Shown one piece after another: positions 41,611 through 54,551 of a stretch of DNA of 64,000 bases. Each line of letters begins with the position of its first letter. Position 1 is the first letter of the stretch. A program made the position numbers and the translations under genes. The notes beneath the pieces are model-generated. The model was not told where the DNA came from and ran no database searches. It saw only the letters and a list, made by a program, of their open reading frames with translations. The DNA comes from an uncultured Actinomycetota bacterium (GTDB lineage: Bacteria; Actinomycetota; Actinomycetes; Streptosporangiales; Streptosporangiaceae), in assembly GCA_963850115.1 (NCBI GenBank), contig CAWKKG010000033.1, positions 139,204 through 203,203 of the forward strand. The letters run 5' to 3'.

Positions 41611-42854
41611 TTACTCGTGCGCGGCCAGGTAACCGACCAGGTGGTCGATCACCTCGCGGGCGTCGTCCTCGATGCCGTAAATGAACGTGGACTTGCGCCG
41701 CCGCAGCACGGGCAGGCCGAGCGCGTAGAGCCCGGGGCGGTCGACCACGCCGCCGTCGTGGCGCAGGCGGCCCTTCTCGTCAACCACGGGGACGTCGAGC
41801 CAGCCGTAGTCGGGCCGGAAGCCCGTCGCCCAGACGACCGCGCGGATCTCGCCGCTCGCGCAGGTCGGCCTGGAGCCGCGCGGAGCCGGGCGGCACCGTC
41901 GGCGCGAAGCGCTCGGGCGCGTCGAACTCGGCGTCCCGCCCGCTGGTCAGCGCCCACTCGTCGAACGTGTCGAGCAGGCGGTTCATCTTGAGGTCGGCCA
42001 GCGAGAACACGTTGCGCAGGCCGCCGGAGAACAGCGCGCGGCCGTCGCGGACCATCGCCAGCCTGCCCACCAGCCGCACGCCGAGCGCGGTGAGCGCGTT
42101 GAGGTCGAGCGTCGACCGCTCCGGCGTCCCGACGAGCTGCGGCGAGGGCAGCCGCCGGGCCCGGGTCGAGGTCGTCGACCTCGTCGTAGCGCTGGTCCCA
42201 CACGCCGGACGCGTCCATCCACCACAGCACGTCGCGGCCGCGGTAGACGCGCGGCAGCCGCACGTGCTCGCCCACCGAGAGCGTCACCGGCCTGCCAGAC
42301 CGCCTGATCTCCGCCGCCAGCTGCACGCCGGTCGCCGACGCCCCCACGACGAGCACGCCGCCGTCGGGCAGCTGGCCGGGGCCGCGGTAATCGAACGGCG
42401 TGAGCTGCGCGACCGACGCCGGGACGCCCGCGCTGAGCGGCGGGCACCGACGGCCGGTTGCAGGCGCCGCTCGCGATCACCACGGCCCGGCAGGCGATCT
42501 CGCCGTCGCTGGTCGACACCAGGTAGCCGTCGCGGCGCCGGTGCGCACCGACGTGACGTTCACGCCGGTCCTGACCGGGGCCCGGGAGACCTTGGCGAAG
42601 CGCTCGATCAACTCGGTCACTTCGCCCATGGTCATGTAGCCGTCCGGGTCCGCGCCCTCGTAGCGCACGCCGGGCAGGCGGCTCTGCCAGTTGGGCGTGA
42701 GCAGGCGCAGGGAGTCCCAGCGTTCGCGCCGCCATGAGTTCGCCACCTCTCCGCGCTCAAGGACGAGGTGGTCGATCGACCGCTCGGTGAGGAAGTGGCT
42801 CGCGGCCAGGCCCGCGTGCCCCGCGCCGATGACGACCGTGGTGGTGCGCTCGAT
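41611..42854 (-). CDS. Flavin-dependent oxidoreductase, FMO/TrkA-like (several frameshifts; apparent ATC start)
   Basis: VVIGAGHAG, ANSWRRERWDSLRLLTP, LVVGASATG, WATGFRP, RRKSTFI. Confidence 0.82.
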
Positions 42855-42883
42855 GGCTGTACTCCTCGGAAGCAGGTGGCCCC

Positions 42884-43445
42884 TCAGGCGACTTCGACGG
42901 TGACGTCGGTCGGGTTGGTCAGCGCGTCGAACACGGCCGACCGCTTCTGCGACTGAGCCACCAGCGCCTCGATGTCCTCCTTGGACGCGTCGGCGTCGAC
43001 GTGGAACGTCACCTTGATGTCGTTGAAGCCGTTGCGCACGTCGCTGTCGGCGCCGAGGATGCCGCGGATGTCATGCGCGCCCTCGACGACCGCCTCGACC
43101 GAGCGCAGCTGGATGCCGCGGTTCTGCGCGACCGACGCCACGCCCGCGCTGAGGCAGCTCGCCAGGCCGACGAGGAGGTACTCGATCGGCGTGATGCCGT
43201 TGTCCGTCGGCCGCGAAGACCTCGGGGTGGTCGGCCTCGAAGACCGACTCCTCCTTGTGGCCCTGCTCCTGGCCGAGGCCGAAGAAGTCCTTGACCGTGA
43301 CGGTGGTGTGCACGCCCCCCTGCCACTTCGAGGACGCCCGCCAGGTGAACTGGGCGGCCTCAGGCGCGCCCTTCAGCACCTCGCGCGCGTCGAGGAGTGC
43401 CTGCACGTTGACCCCGTTGTCGGCAACCGCCGTCATGTCACCCAT
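42884..43445 (-). CDS. OsmC-like protein (frameshift near 43205)
   Basis: NGVNVQALL, DHPEVF, TPIEYLLVGLASCL, DIRGILG, QKRSAVFD. Confidence 0.85.
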
Positions 43446-43464
43446 CCCCTTTCGTATTCGGATT

Positions 43465-43484
43465 TCCCCATCTTCCTATGGGGA
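43465..43484. promoter_or_regulatory. Inverted repeat in the divergent osmC/metX promoter
   Basis: TCCCCAT-cttcct-ATGGGGA immediately before TTGACA (43488). Confidence 0.4.
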
Positions 43485-43525
43485 TACTTGACAATACACG
43501 GAACGTAGCGCAGTACCATAGCCCC

Positions 43526-46132
<2,607 letters not shown>

Positions 46133-46136
<4 letters not shown>

Positions 46137-46621
46137 CCGATCTCGACCTCACCAAGTACCAGGACCCGCTGACGATCCAGCGCGTGCTGCACACCGCCAG
46201 GACGATCGCGGTCGTGGGCCTGTCGAGCAACCAGCTGCGGGCGAGCTACTTCGTCGGCTACTACCTCAAGCGGCACGGTTACCAGGTAATCCCGGTCAAC
46301 CCGCGGGAGACGGAGATCCTCGGCGAGAAGTGCTACCCGAGCCTGCTCGACGTGCCCGTGCCGGTGGACGTGGTGAACGTCTTCCGCGCGCCGGACGCGC
46401 TGCCCGGGATCGCCAGGGAAGCCGTGGCGATCGGCGCGGGCACCCTCTGGTGCCAGTTCGGCGTGATCAACGCCGAGGGCGCGAAGATCGCGGAGGACGG
46501 CGGGCTGACGGTGATCATGGACCGCTGCATCAAGGTGGAGCACGCGCGCTACGTGGGCCGGATGCACTGGCTCGGCTTCAACACCCAGCGCATCACGTCC
46601 GTCCGCGCCGGCCTGCAGTAG
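46133..46621 (+). CDS. CoA-binding protein (YccU-like)
   Basis: IAVVGLS, IPVNP, VDVVNVFR, MDRCIKVEH. Confidence 0.9.
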
Positions 46622-46736
46622 CGCGCCGGAGCCTTAGCCGCGCAGGGCGCAGTTTCGTTATCGCCAACACGCAACGTCAAGACTGGCTAAGACGTCCTCT
46701 AGACAGGATGATTCATCTATGAAGGACGTGACTGAC

Positions 46737-47583
46737 ATGGCGCGGACGCACGACGGTCATCGGGGCGACGGAGGGCTGCGCAAGCGATCGGCGCGACCGC
46801 GCTCGCGCGCGGCCGCGATCGCGGTGGCCGGCGTGCACGGCGGAGACGGCCGCGGCCGCCCCGGCGGCCTTCGCCAAGTCCGCGGCGGACGGCGGCCCCC
46901 GCCACCCAGGCGGTGACCGCCAGCGTGACGGCACCCGCGCTACACGCCGCCCACGCGCAACCTGGCCCCCGGCATGAAGGGCGCGGACGTCAAGGCGCTG
47001 CAGGAGCGGCTCGCCGCGCTCAAGTACTACCCGGGCGCGATCGACGGCGAGTTCGGCGGCAACACCCAGGCGGCGCTCTGGGCGTTCCAGGAGATCAACG
47101 GCATCAAGGTGACCGGCGTGGTCGACGCGGCCACCAAGCGGGCCCTGGTGCACCCGAGGACCTACAAGTCGCCCGTCCTACGCGGGCAAGCGCGCCACCC
47201 GCATCGAGGTCAGCCAGGCCCTCGAGGTGCTCGTGCTGTTCGACAACAACAAGATCGCGCTGATCAGCCACGTCTCGAGCGGCGGCGGCTACTTCTACAA
47301 CTGCGGCAGCTACGGCTGCGCGCAGGCGGTCACCCCGAACGGCACGTACAACACCACGGTCTTCATGCCCGGCTGGGTCACGGTGCCGCTCGGCGCGATG
47401 TACAACCCGGTGTTCTTCATCAGCACGGTTTTCGCCATCCACGGTGACACCTACGTGCCGGTCGGCCCGGCCTCGCACGGCTGCGTCCGGGTGCCGATGG
47501 ACGTCGCGGCCATCTTCCACAAGATGGTCAAGACCCCGGGCACGCAGGTCCACGTCTACGGCAAGCCCCAGTGGGAGAAGTAG
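46737..47583 (+). CDS. L,D-transpeptidase with peptidoglycan-binding domain (frameshifted)
   Basis: GADVKALQERL..DGEFG..AFQ PG-binding_1 motif; AIHG..ASHGCVR YkuD catalytic motif. Confidence 0.85.
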
Positions 47584-47687
47584 CTCACACCGGCCAGCGC
47601 TAGACGCCCGTCGCGGGCCGGGTAATAGTGGAAAACGGCGCATCCGGCGCCACCGCACCCGGCCCGCGACTTTTGATGGGTGGTCAC

Positions 47688-48233
47688 ATGCTCCAGGCTT
47701 TCGTCTTCGAGAAAGTCGGCGTCGTCGTCGGCGACCTGTACTTCCTCGACCCGAACCCGCACCCTGGGCAGGAGGGCCCCGAGCACGGCGTCCGGCTCGA
47801 GCTGCGGGTCATCGACCGCGGCGAGCTCAAGAGCTCGATCTACTCGGCCGTCCCGATCGAGGTCGGCAAGCCGATCTGGCGGGTGGACCTGCTCGAGTCG
47901 GTGGACGGCAAGCCCGGCAGCTTCAACCGCACGCACCACCACCCGAAGTTCAGCCGAGGAGTGGGACCCGACCTCCCGCGTCTTCGTGCGCGAGCTGTCC
48001 ACAGGACCCGCTCGGCTGGCTGGCCGGCCAGCTCGCCGACCTGCCGGGAATCCTCGACCGGGCGGAGGTCCCGCAGGACGTCGCCGACCCCGTCCGACGC
48101 CGCCAGCCTCAAGGACATGGCCCCCGCGATCGTCGGCGTGACCGGCATGATGCTGGACAAGGTGCAGGCCGGCGAACTCGGCACCGCCCCCGCCGACGAC
48201 GCGGTCGACAGCATCAGGAACGGCTGGCTGTAG
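47688..48233 (+). CDS. Hypothetical protein (local frameshifts)
   Basis: MLQAFVFEKVGVVVGDLYF..GVRLELR..WRVDLLES..RTHHHP; strong GC3 bias. Confidence 0.7.
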   Translation: MLQAFVFEKVGVVVGDLYFLDPNPHPGQEGPEHGVRLELRVIDRGELKSSIYSAVPIEVGKPIWRVDLLESVDGKPGSFNRTHHHPKFSRGVGPDLPRLRARAVHRTRSAGWPASSPTCRESSTGRRSRRTSPTPSDAASLKDMAPAIVGVTGMMLDKVQAGELGTAPADDAVDSIRNGWL

Positions 48234-49695
48234 CCGCCTTCTTCTTCCGCCGCCGCGGATGGCGGACAGGATCGCGGCGATCACCATGAACGACACCGAC
48301 TCGTAGAACGCCGCGTGCAGGCCGGTGGTGAACGCCGACGCCAGCGAGCCGTGCAGCGAGGTCGTGCCCACGAAGATCGCGAACGCGAGCTGCCGCGAGA
48401 TCGACCGCGAGGCCACCAGGATGGCCACCGAGAACGAGAACACCATCCCGACGTTCGCGAAGGTCCGCATCATCCCGGACGCGATGCCGAACATGTCCGG
48501 CGGTGCCGCCTTCATGATCGCCGAGCTGTTGGCCGGGAAGAAGAGGGACGGCTCCGACCGCGTTGATCACGCCGATGCAGACGATCCACCACAGCGGGGT
48601 CGCGTTGCTGAGCTGCGCGTACAGCACCAGGGCGACGACCTGCAGGCCGAGCCCCGCCGTGGCAGGCAGCACCGCGCCGTACCGGTCGGCCAGGCGGCCC
48701 GCGTAGATGCTGACCCCGGCGGAGATCAGGTAGCCGGGCAGTAGCAGCAGCGACGCGTGGATCGGCGAAAGGCCGCGCGGCCCCTGCAGGTACATCAGCA
48801 GCAGGAAGAGCACCGCGAAGCTGGCGAGCCCCTGGAAGAGGGACGCGCACAGCGACGCCGCCATCGTCGGTACCTTGAAGATGCGCAGCGGCAGCATGGG
48901 CGCGGCGACCCGTGTCTCGATGAACACGAACACCCCGATCAGCACCACGCCGCCGATGAGGTAGCCGGCGGTCGAGGCGTCGAACGGCGCGTTGCCGAGC
49001 TTGGTGATCGCCCAGAGCACGCCGAACAGGCCGAGGCCGAGGGTGACCATGCCGAGCGGGTCGAGCCGCTGGCGGGTCCGCTCGCCCTTGTCGCGGAGCA
49101 CCCGCAGCGCGCCCGCGATGGCGAGCAGGCCCGTCGGCACGTTGATCCAGAAGATCCACCGCCACGAGACGTACGTGACGATCAGCCCGCCGAGCACCAC
49201 GCCGAGCACCGCGCCGATCGTCCAGCCGAGCGAGGTGAACCCGTAGGCCCGGCCGCGCTGCTCCCGCGGGTACAGGTCGGCGATCACCGCGCCGCTGTTC
49301 GCCATGATCAGCGCGCCGCCGATGCCCTGGACGACGCGGAAGGCGATGATCGACACCTCGTTCCAGGCCAGCGCGCACAGCAGCGAGCCGAGCACGAAGA
49401 CGGCGAACCCGGTCTCGTACATGCGTACCCGGCCGAACATGTCCCCGAGCCTGCCGACCTGGGTGGCGAGCAGCGTGATGACCAGCAGGAAGCTGATGAT
49501 CACCCAGACCACGTCGGTCAGCGCCACGTGCAGGCTGCGCTGGATCTCCGGCAGCGCGAGGACCACGATGGTCGTGTCGACGGCCGTCATCAGCACGCCC
49601 GCCATGATCACGACCATGGCGAGGCCGGTCCGTACCGGCTGCTCCGGACCGGCCGGCGACGCTGGACTATTCTGCTCGGTTCCGGGGAAAGTCAC
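48214..49695 (-). CDS. DHA2/EmrB-like MFS transporter (frameshift near 48555; end approximate)
   Basis: DTTIVVLALP, GRLGDMFGR, WRWIFWINVP. Confidence 0.88.
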   Translation of the reverse strand: MTFPGTEQNSPASPAGPEQPVRTGLAMVVIMAGVLMTAVDTTIVVLALPEIQRSLHVALTDVVWVIISFLLVITLLATQVGRLGDMFGRVRMYETGFAVFVLGSLLCALAWNEVSIIAFRVVQGIGGALIMANSGAVIADLYPREQRGRAYGFTSLGWTIGAVLGVVLGGLIVTYVSWRWIFWINVPTGLLAIAGALRVLRDKGERTRQRLDPLGMVTLGLGLFGVLWAITKLGNAPFDASTAGYLIGGVVLIGVFVFIETRVAAPMLPLRIFKVPTMAASLCASLFQGLASFAVLFLLLMYLQGPRGLSPIHASLLLLPGYLISAGVSIYAGRLADRYGAVLPATAGLGLQVVALVLYAQLSNATPLWWIVCIGVINAVGAVPLLPGQQLGDHEGGTAGHVRHRVRDDADLRERRDGVLVLGGHPGGLAVDLAAARVRDLRGHDLAARLAGVGVHHRPARGVLRVGVVHGDRRDPVRHPRRRKKKAATASRS

Positions 49696-49779
49696 TTTCT
49701 TAGCCTAACGAAAGGTGGCTTTTCCGCCAGCCGAGACTAGGCTGTGTTCCGGCGTTCGCACGTGAGGGGCGGCATTGCA

Positions 49780-50049
49780 GTGGCTCGCGATGAATCCGCG
49801 ATCGGCAGGGTGGGCGTGCTCATCGTTGGCACCCGTGGCCCGGGCGGTCCCGGTGAGGTGCGGATCAGGATTCGCGGCGGCTCAGAGAACTACCTTGCCT
49901 GGTCGCGAACGCCGCTGCCGGAAGGCACCGTTGTCCTCGTCATCGAGTACCTAGGCCCGCGAACGGTCGACGTTATGGAATGGACCGACCCGCTCGGCGA
50001 GGCCCCCGTTATCCCCGGTTCTACTGAAGTTCCTCGCTCAGGAGAGTGA
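49780..50049 (+). CDS. NfeD-like OB-fold protein
   Basis: IGRVG..GPGEVRIRIRGGSE.. directly upstream of flotillin. Confidence 0.72.
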   Translation: MARDESAIGRVGVLIVGTRGPGGPGEVRIRIRGGSENYLAWSRTPLPEGTVVLVIEYLGPRTVDVMEWTDPLGEAPVIPGSTEVPRSGE

Positions 50050-50053
50050 AACC

Positions 50054-51197
50054 ATGTTTGGTTACCGAGTTCCCGCCCCCGATGAGGCAATGCTGATCTC
50101 CGGCGGTCGTCGCGGGATGAACGACGCGCCGTTCCGGGTAGTCACCGGGCATGGCGCGTTTGTCACGCCGTTCTTCCGCAAGGTCCGCTACCTGACGCTT
50201 TCCATGCAGGAAGCCGAGGTGGCCGAGACCTGCGTGACCAAGCAGGGCATCTCGCTGAACGTCCGCTCGGTGATCGCGTTCAAGGTCGGCTACGACGCGG
50301 AGTCCATCGTCAACGCCGGGCAGCGGTTCCTGTCCGACCAGGACCAGATGTCCGTGCTGACCGGCCGGATCTTCGCCGGCCACCTGCGGTCGATCATCGG
50401 CTCGATGACCGTCGAGGAGATCGTGACCGAGCGGCAGAAGCTGGCCACCGAGGTGCTCGACGGGTCCAAGGCGGAGATGGCCACCATCGGCCTGACCGTC
50501 GACTCGCTGCAGATCCAGTCCATCGACGACATGGGCGCCGGCTACATCGCGGCGATGGCCGCGCCGAACAACGCGGCGATCCAGCGGCAGGCGAAGATCG
50601 CCCAGGCGGCGGCCGACCAGGCGGCGGCCGAGGCGCAGCAGGCGTCGGTCCGCAAGCAGGCCGAGTTCGCCCGGCAGACCTCGGTCGTCCAGGCCCAGTA
50701 CAAGGCCGAGATCGACAAGGCGCAGGCGGAGGCGGCGCAGGCCGGTCCCCTCGCCCAGGCCGAGGCGCAGCAGGCGGTCATCGCCACGCAGGCCAAACTG
50801 GCGCAGCAGCAGGCCGAGCTGCGCCAGCAGCAGCTGGTCTCCGAGGTGATCAGGCCCGCCGAGGCCGAGGCCCAGAAGGTCAAGATCCTCGCCATCGCCG
50901 ACGCGGAGCGGACCAGGATCGCGGCCGAGGCCGCGGCGTCGAACAACCGGGTGGCGCTCGACCAGCTGCTGATCGCCCAGCTCCCGCAGATCGTCAAGGA
51001 GGCGGCCGCGGGGCTGACCGGCGCCAACGTCACCGTGCTCAACGGCGCGGACGGGCTCGGCGAGATCGCCGCCGGACTGGTCAGCCAGGGGCTGACGATC
51101 CTGGAGTCGGTCCGCCGGGGCGTCGGAGTCCGGTCCGGCCGACGGCAAGGGCGACGGCGGCAACAGCACCCGGCCCGGCATTCTCGGTCAGAAGTAG
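50054..51197 (+). CDS. Flotillin / SPFH domain protein (late frameshift)
   Basis: PAPDEAMLISG, GHLRSIIGSMTVEE, AEA-rich coiled coil, VTVLNGADG. Confidence 0.92.
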
Positions 51198-51216
51198 ATC
51201 TTCTTCGGATCTCCCT

Positions 51217-51349
51217 AGAATCAAGGTCAAAGTCAAAAGAATCAAAGTCAAAGTCAAAAGCTGGCGTTGGGCAGGGGACGCGGGGGGATTACCGCCGACG
51301 CTCCTTCGGAAGGGGCGAAGCGTCGGTGCTAATCCCCCGCTTCCCCTGC
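51217..51349. repeat. Tandem TCAAAG repeats plus a long GC-rich hairpin
   Basis: AGAATCAA(G/A)GTCAAAGTCAAA x2 (51217-51258); GCAGGGGA..GGGGGATTA..CCGACGCT / AGCGTCGG..TAATCCCCC..TCCCCTGC (51271-51349). Confidence 0.8.
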
Positions 51350-51383
51350 TCGTTTTCCGTTGATTTCCGACCCAGCGGGGCTT

Positions 51384-52265
51384 CTAGCGGGCGGACAGGA
51401 TGGCGGCCAGGGCGGCGGCTGGGGAGCGCTTGGGCAGCGCTGTGTGGATTAGTTCCATGCGATGACACAGTCTGGGTTGGGCTACCTGGACGCTGGTTAC
51501 GGCTTGGTCGCTCAGTACTGATTCTGGTAGCAGGGTTAGGCCGTGGCCGGTGGACGCCAGGTTGATCAGTGTTTTTACGTCTTGGCCGGTGTAGCGCAAG
51601 GCGGGCTTGAAGCCATCGGTGGCGGCGTGCCGGCGGATCTCCCTGAGCGGTGGGGCCACGTTGTCGGCTTCCATCCATCTGGCGTCCGCTAGGTCGGTCA
51701 GGCGGAGGGAGCTGCGGCTCGCCAGCGGATGGTCCGTTGGCAGGACGACTCTGACTGGCTCCTCGCTGAGGCCCGTGGCGGTGATCGGGGCTTGTTCTGG
51801 TAGGGGGTCGCCGGGGGCGGTCAGGCCCTCGGTTAGGGCCAGGTCGAGTTCGCCGCGAGCTACCGCGATGGCCGTCTCCGCGCGGGTGCCCGTCTGAACG
51901 GTGACGGCTAGCCGGGGCATTTGGCTGCGGAGTTCGGTTAGGGCCGTCGCCAGGGCGGAGGTTGCGCCGGCGAGCGGGGTGACGCCGATGAGCAGCGTGG
52001 CCGACGGGGTCTTGGTCATTCTCGTGACGTCGGTCCTGGCCGCGTCCAGGCGGAGCAGGATTGGCTCCGCGTGCTCGAGCAGGCGGGCGCCGGTCTCCGT
52101 GGGGGTGACCGGGCGGCGGTTGAGCAGCTGGGTCTTCAGGTCGTTTTCGAGCGCGGCGATCTGCTGGGATACCGCCGCCTGGGTATAGCCGAGCTCAGCC
52201 GCGGCGGCCGAGAACGAGCCGAGCCGGGCCACCGCCACGAAGGTCCTGAGCAGTTGGGCTTCCAC
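51384..52265 (-). CDS. LysR family regulator
   Basis: LRTFVAVARLGSFSAAAAELGYTQAAVSQQIAALE HTH. Confidence 0.92.
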   Translation of the reverse strand: MEAQLLRTFVAVARLGSFSAAAAELGYTQAAVSQQIAALENDLKTQLLNRRPVTPTETGARLLEHAEPILLRLDAARTDVTRMTKTPSATLLIGVTPLAGATSALATALTELRSQMPRLAVTVQTGTRAETAIAVARGELDLALTEGLTAPGDPLPEQAPITATGLSEEPVRVVLPTDHPLASRSSLRLTDLADARWMEADNVAPPLREIRRHAATDGFKPALRYTGQDVKTLINLASTGHGLTLLPESVLSDQAVTSVQVAQPRLCHRMELIHTALPKRSPAAALAAILSAR

Positions 52266-52267
52266 CC

Positions 52268-52284
52268 GATAAGCATGACTTATC
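52268..52284. promoter_or_regulatory. LysR box (T-N11-A palindrome)
   Basis: GATAAG-catga-CTTATC between divergent lysR and GATase genes. Confidence 0.7.
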
Positions 52285-52341
52285 AGGAGACAAGAAATCA
52301 TCGTTGGCGCTTAACGTGATGGCGGCCGCGAAGATTAGGCC

Positions 52342-53074
52342 ATGACTCAGCACACCCCCCGGATCGCGCTCGTCGGCGACCGGTCAGCCAGCGTCAGGGC
52401 GCACGCGCGCATCCCCGGGATCATCGACGCCCTGCTCACGCGCGATTCCATCGCGCTCGATCCCTACTGGATCGCGACGCCGGATGCCGCGGAATCCGAG
52501 TTGAGCGGCTTCGACGCGATCTGGGTAGTACCGGGCAGCCCGTACGAGAGCGCGGGGGGCGCCATCGCGGCCGTGCGCACCGCCCGCGAGAAAGGCATAC
52601 CGTTCCTCGGCACCTGCGGCGGCTTCCAGTACGCGCTGATCGAGTACGCGCGCGACGTGTGCGGGCTGACTGGTGTCGAGCACGCCGAGGTCACCCCGGA
52701 CGCCGGACGAGTGCCTCATCGTCCCGCTCGACTGCTCGCTCATGGGCCACGAGGAAGGGGTCATGATCGTGCCGGGCACGCTCGCCGCGAAGATTTCCGG
52801 CCCGGGCAGGCGGACCGAGCGCTACCACTGCAGCTACGGGGTGAACCAGGAGTACCTAGCGACGCTGACCGCCGCCGGGCTCCGGTTTTCCGGCTTCGAC
52901 GATTCCGGCCAGGTCAGGATCGTGGAACTGCCCGGGCACCCGTTCTTCCTTGGCACCCTCTTCCAGCCGGAACTGCACGGCGACGGTACTGCGCCGCACC
53001 TCATCATCCGTGCCTTCGCGATGGCGGCGGCGGAGCGGGTCGCGGGGCTGGCGTCCACGTCGCCCTCCCGCTGA
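52342..53074 (+). CDS. CTP synthase C-terminal-like class I glutamine amidotransferase (frameshift near 52705)
   Basis: IALVGD, VPGSPY, FLGTCGGFQ, ERYHCSYG, GTLFQPE. Confidence 0.85.
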
Positions 53075-53188
53075 GGCCGGTCACCCTACGCGGGCCGCTG
53101 TCTGCTTCACACGGAGTGCACCAGAACCTTCTCCCTCACGGAAATCTCCCGGAATACTGTCCACTCGACTGCGTTTCTGTCCGTATTT

Positions 53189-53206
53189 GATCACGACACG
53201 ATCACG
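53189..53206 (+). promoter_or_regulatory. 11-bp-period direct repeat, OmpR-family (MtrA/GlnR-like) site candidate
   Basis: GATCACG-acac-GATCACG upstream of a CATAGT -10-like element (53248). Confidence 0.45.
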
Positions 53207-53427
53207 GAAAAAACTCAGTTTGCCTGCGGTCCGCCGCCGGTCCCTGCCATAGTTCCTTCCGATGGACCGGTACGGACGAAAGCGTTGATACGCCCACAGA
53301 TCGCTCGATACCGGGGCAAGGCGGGCGGGCGCAGCTAGAAGGCCCGCAAACCAGTAACCAGCACTAGGCCCGCCGATAGGCGCATGCCGCCGCGTAGGCC
53401 GGGCGTGGCAACAACCATGGGGAGATC

Positions 53428-54382
53428 ATGACCGCTGGGCGTAGTGACCGTCGGCCGGTGAGGATCAGGCGCAGGGGCCGGCACACGACCCCCTCGCAGG
53501 TAGAGAAGGTCGCGCAGCAGGCCGGCAAGGCGGCGCCCGCCTTCGCCATCGCGGGCGCGCTCGTCGCGGTGCCGCAGGCGTCGCACGCGCTGGCCGGCCT
53601 CCGCCGGGCCGGTCACGGCGACGGCGCCGGGCCAGGCGTCGGCGGTCGCCGACGAGGCGGCAGGCACGACGGCGCACGCCGCCACGGCCGCGCTTGACTC
53701 GTTCGCGACGCGCACGGTCACCGTGACCGCCGCCAAGCCGGCGCGGCACGCCGCGACGACGCACAGCACGTACTACAGCGTCCGCAGCGGCGACACCCTC
53801 TCCAAGATCGCCGACGGCTACTACCACAACGCCGGCGACTGGCAGTACCTCTACCACGAGAACGACAAGACGGTCTCCGACCCGAACCTGATCTACGTCG
53901 GCGAGCGCCTCTTGATCCCGGCTACCGCGCCCGCCCACTACACGCTCAGCGACTACACGCCGAAGCACGCCAAGACGGTCGCGCCCCAGGCCTCGACGGT
54001 GAGCAAGACCAGCCGCGACACCGGCGGCCGGAGCACCACGGCTCCCGCCAAGAGCACCCGCGGCGGCCACGTGACCACCCAGTCGGCCGCGCTTGGCTCG
54101 TACAGCTGCTCGGCCCTTGAGCAGCTCTGGGAGCAGGAGGGCGGCAGCCCGGCCGCCGCGTTCATGGCCGCCGAGATCGCCACGGCCGAGTCCGGCGGCG
54201 ACCCGAGCGCGATCAGCCCCACCGACGACTTCGGCCTGTGGCAGATCAACGCCTCCAACGGCGCGCTCGCCACCCTCAACCCGTTCCAGAACGCCAAGTC
54301 GGCGATCACCCTGTCCGACAACGGCACCAACTGGAACCCGTGGACGACGTACCGCACCGGCGCGTACTCCGGCCGGTGCTGA
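53428..54382 (+). CDS. Secreted LysM + lysozyme-like lytic transglycosylase (frameshift near 53600)
   Basis: RRRGRH + signal peptide; [23 protein letters not shown] LysM; AESGG, GLWQIN, WNPW. Confidence 0.88.
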
Positions 54383-54442
54383 TGTCCCGCGGGTTTTGCG
54401 GGAGATGCTGACAGCAACCACAGGGATTTAACCCCAGCCACA

Positions 54443-54551
54443 GCGGGGAGGCGAAGCGGCGTTCGGTTTTGGCGGCGTCTCCCCGTGGGGGGGATATGGG
54501 GGGGCGAAGCCCTCCCATGCCGGGGGGTGCAGGGGGGTCGTCCCCCGCGGG
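54443..54551. repeat. REP-like G-rich palindromic element
   Basis: GGGGAGGCG..CGTCTCCCC, ATGGGGGGGCGAAGCCCTCCCAT, GGGGGGTCGTCCCCC stacked hairpins between convergent genes. Confidence 0.6.

Noticed and set aside
43446-43525. SAM riboswitch or T-box upstream of metX
   Set aside because: The spacer is only 80 bp, is shared by divergent genes, and lacks the conserved cores
50054-51565. Flotillin with a long C-terminal extension
   Set aside because: A frameshift near 51135 bypasses the natural TAG at 51195-51197
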